Under the pieces are notes generated by a model. That model saw only the letters and a list, made by a program, of their open reading frames with translations. It searched no databases and was not told where the DNA came from. This document shows, piece by piece, positions 1 to 12,552 of a stretch of DNA of 64,000 nt. Within the stretch, counting starts at the first letter, position 1; every line of letters begins with the position of its first letter. Source of the DNA: Takakia lepidozioides (Eukaryota > Plantae > Bryophyta); the NCBI GenBank assembly GCA_030704615.1, contig CM060731.1, positions 45,756,001 through 45,820,000 on the forward strand. The letters run 5' to 3'. A program made the translations under genes and the position numbers.

Positions 1-357
1 GGCTTCAAATTATCAGCTCGCAGGAATTTGTTTTTGCTGATATTGGACAGTTTTACATGCACCTTGAAATGATTGTATTTCAGAGATTTGGCATCCAGGA
101 AACGAATAGTACAGGTCTAGAGCCATTGATCTCAGAATGAATGCGCTACAGCTCAAATTCACAGTTAAAGAGCTAGAACCTCATTCCGTCGCAGATAGGC
201 TTGGACAGTATAACTAGAGTCTGAACTGTGTTGGAAACGGACCAAGGAACAACCTGAGGTCTCCTGATGCAGAAGAGCAGCAAATGCTGCCATTTCTCTC
301 TTCCGGACAGCGTGGTCTATTTACAAACTCGGGAAAGGACAAACTCGGGAAAGGCAC

Positions 358-1230
358 CTAAATCATGACCTGATCTGGAATCATACCTTCCCGTATCATT
401 TGCTCATATGTCTCCAAAGCCTCCCTACCACACCCATGCTGGGTGTATCCTGCGATCATTGCATTCCATGAGACCACATCTCGATGAGCCATATTGTCAA
501 ACACTTGATGCGCATCCTTTATACTCCCACATTTAGAATACATGTTGACTAAGGCAGTGCCCAGAATGCTACCCGGCACAATTCCGGCTTTGACGAATGG
601 ACCACTTTCCCCTTCTCCAGAGCTGCCAGGCTGATACATGCCTCGAGGACGGAAACAAATGTGAACTGGTTGGGCATCACGTTTTTCCGTATCATTTGCT
701 CATAGGTCTACAAAGCCTCCTTACCAAAACCCAGCCGGGCATATCCTACAATCATTGCACTCCATGAGACCACATCTCGCTGAGCCATGTTGTCAAATGC
801 TTGACACACATCCTTTATACTCCCACATTTGGCATACATGTCAATCAAGGCCGTGTCCAGAGTGATACCAGGCTCAATTCCAGATTTCATAATTTTAGCA
901 TGGACCTCCTTGCCCTTCTCCAGGGCTGCCAGGCTGCCACAAGCATTGAGAATGGAAATGAACGTGACCCGGTCAGGTGTCATCCCTTCCCTTATCATTT
1001 GCTCATAGGTCTCCAAAGCCTCCCTGACCCGACCATGCTGGGCATATCCTACAATCATTACACTCCATGAGACCACATCCCTTTCAGCCATATTGTCAAA
1101 CACTCGATTAGCATCATTTATGCTCCCACACTTGGCGTACATGACCACAATTGCAGTGTTCAGGATGATATTTGGCACAATTCCAGCTTTGATGATATTG
1201 GCATGGACATGGCCATTTACAGGGTGCCAA
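358..1230 (-). pseudogene. PLS-class pentatricopeptide repeat (PPR) protein, disrupted
   Basis: Repeated P-L-S motifs (ALIDMYAKCGSIKDA..VFDNMA.RDVVSW.AMI.GY.QHG.G.EAL..YEQM..EG..PD.VTF.SIL.AC). In-frame TAG at 708-710 where sister repeats have GAG, a frameshift near 595, and an abrupt end at 358 with no E/DYW domain. Confidence 0.85.
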
Positions 1231-2959
1231 GACTTCACCAAAATTAGGTATTCCAACAATACATGAAACTATCAATAAGAGTGTGCCACAGCTACTTGAT
1301 GAACCACTGCTTGGAGGAAATGATGTGATTATTTGTACTTCAATAGATTCTGGAACAATTGTTAACTCAGTATTTGAACCAAGAGTTTCATTAACAAATA
1401 GAAGTGAACAATAGTGGCATAATGGAGTCCCTTCATAGGCACTTACTTCACCTCATTAAAATTTTGCATAGACAGAGCTGCTGGCACATAAACGGTGGCA
1501 ATGCTTCAAAGCTCTTAGATGCACAGAACAGACTGGCTGTAAGCACAGAGGAGCTTGGCCAATATGCAGGTTATTTTGCCCTAGAACGCAGTCATGCTGC
1601 GAAGTAATTTGATCTCTATGCCTCATTTTCTTGCGGGTTTAGAAGGTCTTGATTCCGTAGACTTACATTTGGACCAAAACAGGATATGTGAGCCTTGCGT
1701 TCGCTGTCACTCTTTGGAATCTTCTGAATGTGATTATCGTCCTGAAAATTGTTATAGACCTGTAAATTCCAGATTAAAATAGCCTGAGTATCAGTACATA
1801 GCTGACAACAGCCTTACGACAGGGGATTTGTGTTCATCTAGGTCTGTAGTTCTGGACATATTAGGTGGTATGCTATCGATGAAGCACTGGCATGGTGGCC
1901 AGAGAGAGAGAGAGGGAGAGGACACTGTTCTGTGCAAGATTTTGCACATAAGCACAAAGTGATGGTTATTTGGTGCAGGATGTTCTACTTCTTCTTTTGA
2001 GTCAGAAGTTCTCATTAAGTTTGTAACTTAGTTGCAGACCGAATCTCCTTTGATGTCCAAATTGATCCGTTTCTCTTGAAGCCGTGGTCGCTCGTTCCTC
2101 CGTAGCTCCAGGTAACAAATTGAGAGCTTTGATTAAACGCTCCACCTGTCCCTGGGGAAATCGTGGACTATTTCCGTGGCTAAAATGTGAATCTTTGACA
2201 CCAGGAACCCTAGAAATGCGCGTTGCAGTAACACAGACTGACAGATGAGAAGAAAAACCACGGAGACAACCTCGAACCTGCTTAATCCCGCCATATCTGA
2301 ATCCCCCTCCCTTCCCTCTTCCCTTATCTGTACTTCAGTGCTTCTACTTGGCCCAAAGTCTACGCGTCCATCATCACACCTGCATCTTTCTTCCTGTCAT
2401 TCCCCTCTTAGAACCAAAATAGATGTGACAATGGATGACAATCATTGTCATGTCATCCAACAGAAAACATTGGTCCCTCGAAAAGTTGGTCCCGTGACAA
2501 GCGGGAGAAACCAACTTTTGCGTAGTCTCTGCCTGAGGGTAGGGCCAATAAATAAAAAAGAAAAGAAAAACATTGGTGGAGACAGGGACCCAACTGTCAC
2601 AACTTCAGCCCAAGATGGTTACTATTAATGACTAAAGTTGGCACAAGAGCAGCCCAAATTGGGCCCAGGATTTCCTGGGCTTGGCCCCAAGTTTAAAGGG
2701 TCCTTTACACTGGGCGCCCTCTCATCTGCCTACTTCAACTCCGTTATGCGGTGTGTGCTGCTTGCAATGTCAGTTGGTGTGGGTATTACTTTTTCTAATA
2801 CCAGCTGGTTCTTGATATCGAAATAACTCATCCACCATGTAGGATCCCTATGAGATCTGTACTCTTGGCGCTCAAGCATGCGCGGACGACATCGTCCCTT
2901 CTCGGGGGCTGCAACCTCTCCCGGTTATTTTTGGGCAATCTGGGCAGATTCCAAAAACT

Positions 2960-3070
2960 TTGATGACAATGACATGGCAATGATAACGTGGCAATGATGA
3001 CATGATGATGATGACGTGGTGAGGATGACATGGCGATGGCGACGATGACATGGCGATGATGACGATGCAC
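2960..3070. repeat. Degenerate GAT/GAC/GGC trinucleotide-type low-complexity tract
   Basis: gatgacatggcgatggcgacgatgacatggcgatgatgacgatg; explains the His/Ser-rich spurious ORFs here. Confidence 0.7.
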
Positions 3071-3391
3071 TATGGCAACCTATTCCTGCTCTACGCCAAA
3101 CTAGCTTCCCACCTTGGGTGGTCGCTAGAAATAGTGAAACCGAGGGGGTGGGGAGGATTTGACAGGGGCCCCCCGCCGGAGGAGCCCAGGTTGCTGTCGG
3201 CATACGGCGAAAGTACTGTCAGATCACGCCCAGGTTGCCGGAATATTGCGAAAGTACTGTCAGATCACTCGCAGACGTTTCAGGGCTGGAGAAAAGTGGA
3301 GAACGAGGCCGCTAAGTTCTTACATTATTTCTATTGTCTTCCCCAATAAATCATATTACTAGAAGACCTGGAAAAATAACTGGGTCAGGAG

Positions 3392-3899
3392 CAGCGTTTT
3401 TTTGTTCATTTAAGAATTTGAGCCACATTGGAGGAAGATCAATTGGCGACTCAAATATGACTAATCTTGTCCAAGATCAGCAACTCTGCTCAAAGTCTCA
3501 TGTGCCATTGCAAGAGGCGGTGCAAGTATGCTTAAATGGAGGTGCATGACACGGATATTAGGCGGGTAAGCGGAACCTAAATCCCTCCATAGCTCAACCC
3601 CTTGGCGAAAGCGGGAAGAGTTTGAACCCAAGGCTTTGCTCCTTGCGGTGGCAGGGTGGTAGGGCGTATAGAAATCGACACGCAAGATCATCTGGATCTA
3701 ACGAACCCAAACGGCATGTGGCTCTTTCCCTGTGCGACAGTTGTATAGGCGGAGTCCTCATTGCAGCTACATGATGGCATTAGAGAGGGTAGTAATGCGA
3801 ATCAGTGCCATATTTTAACCCATAATTCCTTTGTAAATTTTCGTGAGGCCAATTTCTAGATCAAAAAGTGACGAAATTTCGCGCAAAAAGAAAACGCTG
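3392..3899. mobile_element. Non-autonomous hAT-type DNA transposon (MITE)
   Basis: Terminal inverted repeats CAGCGTTTT...AAAACGCTG flanked by an 8-bp target-site duplication with one mismatch (gtcaggag 3384-3391 / gtcaagag 3900-3907). Confidence 0.75.
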
Positions 3900-4930
3900 G
3901 TCAAGAGGCCATGATGAATTTTAACATCAATTTTGATGGGTCAAGTAATACCCGTTCGTGGGCTCAGGAGCTATAGAGAAAGTTGACCTACTGAGTGTGA
4001 AGTAGAGTTGGAATCCTCCCAGATTACTCCTCAATAGGAGGATCCTACCAAGGAGATCCCCAAGGTAAGTTGAGAAGCCGAGATGCAAACCCCTAATTTG
4101 CATGGATGTATGGTTGCTAAGAAGGTGTCAACACTTTTGCTCTCGAAATTTTGTTGGAGAGTCAAAATTCAATTTCAGACCCCTCTTCTTGCCCGGGCAG
4201 AAATAAATGATCCGAGACTACACTCGGTGGACAGATCGCCTATGAAGTAAATGCCACAATCTCAGTAAGACTCTCATAGGACTCATCACAGGTGATAGCT
4301 GAAGCATCATTATGATTTCTTCTTCCTCGACTCAATTGAAATGAATAAGATTTGTGTCATGAGTACTGTAGTCAACACACCTGCAGACCTTCCTTTTCTT
4401 GCGAATTGAGAAGTACCTGCCCACCTATCTTACTCAGTGCTGCTGCTACAAGGGAGCAACAACTCAACATTTACGTGAATAAAGTTATTTCAATAATGCG
4501 GAATGAATTGCTATGGCTACCCACCCTTGGGATGCCTTCTGTTATTGCTCAGTTATCCCCAGGAAGGAGGGGTCCCTTTATCATGGGAATTCTTAGTGTA
4601 TCCCTGCGAACAAACAGAGAACAACTTGAATTAGAAGCTGCATTGTCAAGATGGTACCATTGACTGGTCCTTCCTGCCAACAGACATCTGCACTTGCTGA
4701 CATATGGTTGAAGGATCACCAGACGTCACAGCAACCAGAACACAATCAACCTGCTGCAGAAAGGAAGGACCTGGTTAAATATGCAGCATAGCAAATACAC
4801 CAGGGGACCAAACATAGTCAAGAAAATCAAATGGGAACAGTAAATGGAAACTGTACCTTGAAATTGTAAAGCCCGTTTGTGCTGATGGCATGGGCAATGC
4901 ACTGAAGGAGAAGAGAAGGCAGACAATTTT

Positions 4931-7900
4931 TTAAAGGAACACAACATCTTCTTGACTTATGGCATGAAAGGACCCTCGCGAAGCATTCATCTGCTGACTT
5001 GAAGTTGTACCACTCTGTTGTATCACATTACATCCATTGAGTCAATAAAACCAAAAGAGCTTTGGGTCACTGAACATGCAATCCAGTCTCTGCAACTATT
5101 TGCCATTCAAGTAGCTGGATGGCCAGACAGAAACGGCCACTCACTGGGACCCACTTGGCACCAGACCTAACAAGAATGATTGGCATTTATGTACTCATAA
5201 GACGTTGTTTGCCATAGCCTTGTGGCCATAGACCATGCCCAATTTGGGTGGAACAAAAGGGAACTCATGAGAAGTTGTTTGATGTAGTCTTGCGACCATA
5301 GACCCTTCGCCCAAAGAATGTACTCTGGCAAATCCCTGCGAAAGTTAGCTTGCCATAGCATTGCCATTTGATCCCAAAGAGAGCGAAGAAAACGATTGAC
5401 ATGTGCTCTTCCAACCAAGACCAGGCATAAAGATTTTCTTACCTTTTTGAAAACAAATACAAGATAGATATATGCTGCATCCCATTCGTCGTCTGAGATA
5501 GAGTCGCCTGCAGCTGCCCAGTTGCACACGAAATCAACCAGACATCAGCTAATTGAAGCCCACCCTGTTCTTTCCTGTCTGTGGTAAACATTCTAGCAAA
5601 GCTCTTCATAGGCAACCCATGTAATCCCTGTCCAGTGCAAGACCCACCACATCCTAGCATATAGCAAAACTGGAGAGGTCTGTTGTAAATAAAGGCACAT
5701 ATAGCTACTCCAAGGAAACGGACTCAAGAAACAAGGCCTCATAAGATGATAACTAGTCACTGAGTAAGCATCAGGACACCAAAAAGAGTGCACATACAAG
5801 GGTCACCCAGAGCTCCCAGTTTGCGCATCAAATCAGCAAACTCAGGGCGCTGGCTGTACTCATGCACAAAATTATGAAAATTCTTCTTCAGCACCAGCTC
5901 CAAGCCATACTGCAGGCACATCACCTTTATGTTTATCATGCCAACATGAATGGACAGCCTTTACCAAGGAGGTTCCAAAGACATCCTGATAGCGAGAGGG
6001 AAAAAAGAAACAAAGAGATTGTACTCATAAGACGTTGTTTGCCGTAGCCTTGTGGCCATTGACCCCGCGCCCAGTTTGAGCGGGAACAAAAGGAACAGAA
6101 CCTACCTCTGTCAGGGGCTGACATTGGTAGTAAGACTTACCTTCATATAAAGAATTAATCCGGGTTTTCCAGATATCCTCTAGAAATCCCTTCACACAAG
6201 CATCAATCTGCTGTGTGTGATTTGCCCAAAAACTAGGCCTCAGGAGGGCCTGGGCTTTTGGCTCAGCCTCGAGACTTTCAAAGTTGGTAAACAGGGGTAC
6301 AGGCACAATTCCCTTGATAGAGTTGAAGAGAGCGTCTCTTTGGTGAGAGAACCCCGGACAGTGTATCAGAAAATGAATACTGTCTTCAGATTGCCCACAC
6401 AACGGGCAATTGCACTCTCCCTTTCCTCTCTGCTTCTGTTTGCTGTTCAAAGGTAGGCTTCGAAATAGACAGAGATAAAGGTTTCACTACACAAGGTCAC
6501 TGTACAGACTTTGAGGGCAAAAGCAAAGTGAGGCCAACCTCGAAAATTTCTTTAAGTGAACACTGCTTGAGACGATGTTCTCTACAGTTACCTCTTCAGC
6601 CAAAGCCTGGAAATTAGGAAAAGGAACGAGCCATTCTGGACAATCCACCGCATCCTACATATAACAGAAACCACGTAAGCATCATTTGCTGCATAGTTAC
6701 CTTCTCAGGAATAGAGATCAAGTTCTTCATGGTTCTACTAAGTCAAGACAGCCAAAAGTTTAATGAAGGAAGAATAGAAAAGTAATCAAGATATTCATTT
6801 CTACCACCAGACAGGGTCCACTTAGCCTAGTGGTTTGAGATCGCCACCAGCATAAGTAATCATCAAGCTGCAAGACTACTAAAGATTCTGAAGGAGCTAC
6901 GGAGGAGGAACACACCTGTAAGTGGAATTCATACTGTATCCCAAATGGTGCTGATGAATGAAACCGCTGCACACAATTCCAAAATGATCCTAGGCTCTCA
7001 TACAACCAACACATAACACTTGCAGTTGCAGGGATTTTCTGCTCTACAGAAATAAACTAACTCAGCTACGACACCACCACTATTTTAGCCATGCTCTGGA
7101 CTTTATGGCTGCCCAATGAAGTATATGAAAAATACCTTCCACATACACAGACCCCATCACAAAGATTGACGATTGTTAGTCCCAAGCAGAAAGGGGAAAG
7201 CTGTTTGGTGTCAATGGAAGCTTAGTAACCACCGCCAAATGATGATGCTTCATTACTGTGTGTCCGACACTGAGAAATGCCGAGTGGCCAGGACTTCCTC
7301 AAAGCAACTTAAACAGGTTGCAGAAGTCACAAACAGTTCGCAGGTAATGGCTAAGTGAAAGAAGCAAAATTAAATGTCATGCTCTACCACTACTGATTCT
7401 ACAATTCCTACCTCAGCATCTTTAAGCATAAACTGAAATGAGGCCAAGCTATGACACAAGAGATGCACATCATAGGGGGAAAATTGGCACAGACATCTGA
7501 AGTCATTCCCCATTGTTAAGTACCACCTCACCACCTGTATCTACAAAACAACAGCGCACCCTCTTGAGTGCTTACCTTCTCACGGAAACGTTCATCAAAT
7601 CGGACTCGATAGACATCATTTCCGAACTCAAGTCCTTCAGCTGCATTTCCACCAGAAAAGGTCAGCATTCATGAGTCAAAAGTCCTAGCATGCTGTAGCA
7701 GGATCACCTGCTACATGTATCAATTGTTAAGGTCTAAAAATAGGCAAGGATCACACTACTAACACTGCACAACAGGGCTGCGGCCCGGTGATAAGACATC
7801 CTGTGCATCGGCCTATGGGTCTGGGGTTCAAACCCCTGTGTAGTGTCTCTCTCTGCCTTCGGGCTTGGGCTCTGCCCCTGTTTGCCTTCATGGCCCTGAA

Positions 7901-10900
7901 AGAGGGTTTATTTCCTCCTCAAGGCCCAGTTCCTGGGGCTGGTGTTTCCTTGGAAACCCCCAAAAAAGAACAAAAACATTGACATACACAAGTTCTGTTG
8001 CTAATGTGACCAAACTGAAACTATAAACCCATTCAGGTCACACACTGTGAAAGCCAACCTTTCTCTACACAATCACTTGTGTGCGTTCATGAACTATTTT
8101 TAAATCAACATTGCTATATGGAGTCAAGCTTCTGCTAGTTGCCATCCAGTAAACATTTGCAACCACATACTTCGAACAACTATGTTGCTCAAAATCACTC
8201 AAGGGCCCATGGAGCTGGAGCCCAAAGCTACTGCTCTACAGGGGCAAGGTAGTCAAACTGTTGCAGGAAAGCCCAGGCTATCTCAATCCAGAAACGCAAC
8301 AACACTGCGAGGATAACTAGTTCAATGATTCTGTGTCGGGCTCGAAGTCAAAGCAAATGGGTGAGAAAAGCAGAAGCGTTTAGGTAGGATACCATCACGC
8401 AGTTTGCGGACAATAACATCTGCATCAGGCATGGTACCAATGAAGATGCCCCCTGGTTGCAGCAACAACGACACATTGCGCAACGCTCGGCGTGCCCGTT
8501 GCTCAGTTGACCATGAATAGTGCAGTGCAAACTGTGCCCCCCCCCCACCCATCACCATAAAAAATGAGTGCCTCACGGTAAGGTGTATCTACCGTCCAGC
8601 AGCCTCAAACTAGAATGACTCAAGATTTCTGTGTTCACAGATCATTGGACTCTGGCTGCTTACATAAGATGCAAACTATACCTGCAAAATGACTGAGGGC
8701 TCAGCAAAGTGAGTCTTAGGTCAAGCCGACTTGTTCATTCAAGGCAATTCCACATTTTGAGAAGATCTCAGTATCCTGTAAACTGATATATAGAATCGAC
8801 AGCAGAGCAAACCATTACCCCTCAACTCAAAAGATCTCACCTAAGCAGTTGACTTACCTGACAACTGCAGACATTGAAAGGGGCATCCTCCTTTAAAGCC
8901 AGCTCAAGGTCAACCTGCCCCAAGTCAATGACCCACATGAGTCACATACGCAAGCAAGCCTAAGATGCAGCCAATACCACTCCATACTGCACCTGCCCAC
9001 TCAGAAGTGCTGAAGTCTGGTCATACTGGCCAACCCCACTGGAAGGTGTCAGAAACAAGGTGGATATGCCGCCAAAAAACAGGTTTAAACTTGTGCCCTA
9101 AAACACCTGCGGGTGGGTCTGCGGATTGCTAATCTGTTAAGGATAGTACACAAAAACACGTACAAGATGGTTTGCAAGATTTGACGACGTGACAATTCCT
9201 ATCCTGTGCTGAAATCACACAATTTTCTCTAAGAGAAACCAAGATCCTCCCTCCATCTATTCCCAAGAAAAGCATCATGGCAGGCATCAGGATGCGGGCA
9301 CTGCAACTGGGGAGAAAAGGTATTAATGTTTCAGAAAACACTGCGGAGAAATCTCAAGAAACGGGGTTGATGCATGATGCAACTCCAATATAAATGATGC
9401 TTCAATTTAGCAATAAAGTAAACATGGTAGCCAGATTGCAAAGCAGTGGTACAGTGGCAGATAGTTGGAGCCTACCTCATAGCAGTCTGCACAGATTAGA
9501 CGGGCTGGAAAGGAGAAATCCTTGCGCCCACGTGCATGGTCAGTTTCTCCATTGTAGCGATTACGAGCATCTCCAATCTGCCAATGCATATCATGCCATC
9601 ATACACCTCAAAAAAATTTCTTAAAATAAAAAATCTACCAAGAGAAATCTCATTTCATTTGAAAATGAAGCGGCAGGAAGCCTGGGTCATCCCAAGTAGC
9701 AAACATCTGCAAAATCAGTATAATAATTTGAAACACCAATTCCCCTTTTTCCAAGGCCTCCTACTTGAATCAATCATTCAACAGCACTACTGCAACCACT
9801 TCAACCAAAGGTAGAAAAAGGAAAGAGGGGGACAGGCAGGGGTGGCCTTGGCAAGATTCATAGGACCAACACCAAACAACGTCTCAAAGACCTGGTGTTT
9901 AGGAGATATAACCTGATGGCATCACAAAATAGCAAAGCATAGGATTTTCATGGACTTAAACACACGCGATGTAGGACTCCCACTTACGGAGCCATCCGCA
10001 ATGTCAACACCCACATAGTAACCAATCATAGCTTTGTCCCATTTGATCAAGTCCCCTCCCTGTAAAACCACAATGCCACATCTAGTGAATGGAGATCACA
10101 CCAGAGCACTACACCTCAGTAATGGTAAAAATGTCTTTTGATGCTGATCCCATGTGGGGCACACGAATCATTGGCACAAACTGAACAGAGTGTGAAGCTG
10201 CTGCTACCCACTAAACCTGCATTAGGATGCTTCTTCCCAATTTCGACCCGTTAGAGCCGGATAAACCGAAAACACTCTTTTCAGGGGGGCCAATTTCAAC
10301 AAACTAAAAGGCTCAACTTTGAAAGATCCACACTGACATCAGTCACCAAAGTCACCCAAATATACACACCACCACCTACTCCCACATACAGACTGTTATT
10401 TGCCTGATCCTCAGAGAGGCTATCCAGAAAGATCCTCCAGACAAGGCTCAACAAATAGATGAAAGAGCTGCATTGATAACTCAGAGGGTAGATGAAGGAG
10501 AAATACATAATGGTAAATAGACAGACCTTTCCACAGGCAAGGTCAAGAACCGCATCTTTACGCTTTGTGTACAACTGAATGAGCACACTTTTTATCTGCA
10601 CAGCCAGAGGACAGATGGCCTTTTATTTAAAGGCTAACAGGTAATGCTCCAAGACAATCCACAGGTAACAAGGTTAGCACAAAAGCCGCCAGTCCCTGTA
10701 AGAGCCAAAACCTGTGTCATGCCATTGCTATCGTTACTGGTCCAACCATTTGCTTGAGGTACGTTCATCCAGTAGGTCACTGAAATTTGTGAGATTCAGG
10801 GCGACTTGCAACAGCAGGGACACAATGCAGGAGATGTAGTATCGGCTGCAGGCCAATACCGAATTTTGTTGAAATATCAGAAAGTCGCAGAACTTTACCC

Positions 10901-11698
10901 AGTTGTTGAGTTTCTTCAAATGAATTATGGGGCTCGCCTCCCGTTCCTCGCGTGTTTGATTTGTACGGGCACTGTAGTGATCGGCCACCTTCCTGGCCAA
11001 TTGGTTTGTCTCCACAAAACCTCCTTGGCTCCCATCATCTACAAGAGCCATCCAAATTTCAACGTTACTCAGGCTGCCACAAAGGGACGCTGTTGCTATT
11101 TGAATTTAGAAGCATTTTAAAAATTGAACAATTTGCCCTCACATTTCTCAAATTGTACCTGGTTAGTGAAAAATCCAAAATAAATTCGTTTGGGGCTCAT
11201 TTAACATCTGTCACTATAACACGTTGCTGATCCAACCCTAAATCTACCAACTAACTTCTCTGCAGCTTCTGACACAAAATATGACAATGTCATGTTGGAA
11301 CTTTCAGGTCAGCGAGTTCATCAAATTCGTCTCTAACATGACAGGGCCTTAAATGGCTCCCGAAAAATACCATCCATAATTTTCAGTACGAAAGGAGGCG
11401 GGCAACAAAGAGAGGAGAGACAGAGATACAAGCCGTACGATGACAGCAAGAGAAACGATCAATGATTTCTACAAACCAGCAATATAGAACAACACACAAA
11501 CATGCGAAGCGGCGAAAGCAGAAAGATGCACGCCACGGCATAGACCTAATTGCAAGGCATAATTTATCACCCAGAGAACAACAGAAACGCGACAGAGAAA
11601 GAGGTAGAAATAATACGGGCAGAAAGGCGAGGTTTGACTGAGGGATTGGCAGGAACGGATGCAAAATCGCGTCCTCGCTTGTTTGCTGCCCAGCTCAT
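4931..11698 (-). CDS. RNMT: mRNA cap guanine-N7 methyltransferase (RNMT/ABD1 family), ~366 aa, 13 exons
   Basis: Exons (minus): 11698-11617, 11038-10899, 10595-10527, 10059-9988, 9577-9476, 8914-8858, 8531-8393, 7640-7576, 6966-6916, 6654-6592, 5909-5798, 5507-5443, 5014-4931. All GT-AG and phase-compatible. Motifs ARKVADHY, SPIIHLKKLNNWIKSVLI, VLDLACGKGGDLIKW (SAM binding), CQFALHY, DAVDCPEWLV. The first exon has a weak donor and is least certain. Confidence 0.93.
5191..5330 (-). mobile_element. Tandem short LINE 3'-end fragments in the last RNMT intron
   Basis: Copies of gtactcataagacgttgtttgcc(a/g)tagccttgtggccat, matching the LINE tail at 6021-6060. Confidence 0.7.
6015..6445 (-). mobile_element. 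5'-truncated LINE (non-LTR retrotransposon) 3' end with C-terminal CCHC zinc finger
   Basis: ORF CPLCGQSEDSIHFLIHCP...FLEDIWKTR. Near-identical copy of its 3' part at 18718-18930. Lies inside an RNMT intron. Confidence 0.8.
7775..7978 (+). mobile_element. Putative tRNA-derived SINE in RNMT intron
   Basis: Starts GGGCTGCGGCCCGGTG (A-box-like), B-box-like GGTTCAAACCC at ~7825, A-rich tail at 7962-7978. No clear TSD. Confidence 0.45.
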
Positions 11699-12552
11699 CT
11701 CTTCTCCAAGCTTTCAATCCAACCAAAATATTTCCAGTACGATGTCGCACTCCAGCACCTACATTTTCCCCTTACTCATCAATCAAGCAAGCAAGAAAGA
11801 CACCATAACTAACCACCAACCCTGGAAGCTTCAATCAATCACCCTCTCTGTAGCATACTCCACTTTCCCCAGTACCCGTGTGCATCCAAAACCACCCCAC
11901 CACAACCCTAACCCTACTAGACCAGACCCTCTGTAACCCGGGTTAGACCTCCACGCAATAAAATGGAGACAACTATCCCTTCATCTTACCCCCGGTAAAA
12001 GAGAGTGAAAACCCCATTCACTAATTACACGGTCCCAATCCCGCCCAAAATTTCAAAGGCCCCTAGAGTGTCACCTCTCTCCTCTCGCTGTCTGTAATGG
12101 CGGGGCTGTCTCACGGATCTTCGTGTTTTCTGCATCCGCTTTCTACTCTTTCTAATTGCCGATACTCCGTGATTCTCTCTTGTTTGTAGCTGGTATCGAT
12201 GTAGAAATCTCCGTGCCTTGTTTCCTAAGAATTCTTCTATTTTCTTTGGTGCTCTCTGCTGTTCACATCCTTCACTCTCTCTCAAAATCAACTGTCTATT
12301 CCGGGGTCTTCCAGTACGAGGATCAGAAATGCTTTTTGGCAGCTTACCTGCGTGAAGCGTGGACTCTTAGTCCCTTGAGCTTTAGTTGCCTTGTGGCCTG
12401 TTGCTTTATTATTCTTGTCTCATAAGCTCTTTGAGCTTTCCGTGGGTACGATTGCATTTCACGTCATTTCTCTTTTTAATTGGTCAATTTTTGACCGAAG
12501 TTCCTGTCGTAGGGACTTCAGTTGTTTCCCAGGTCCCGTGTGCCAAAGGGGA
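11699..12552. promoter_or_regulatory. Shared divergent (bidirectional) promoter region of RNMT and CAP-G
   Basis: Start codons ~850 bp apart head-to-head; telo-box-like AACCCTAACCCTA at ~11904-11916; CT-rich leader on the CAP-G side. Confidence 0.55.

Noticed and set aside
2828-3203. His/Ser-rich ORFs
   Set aside because: Products of the GAT/GAC low-complexity tract.
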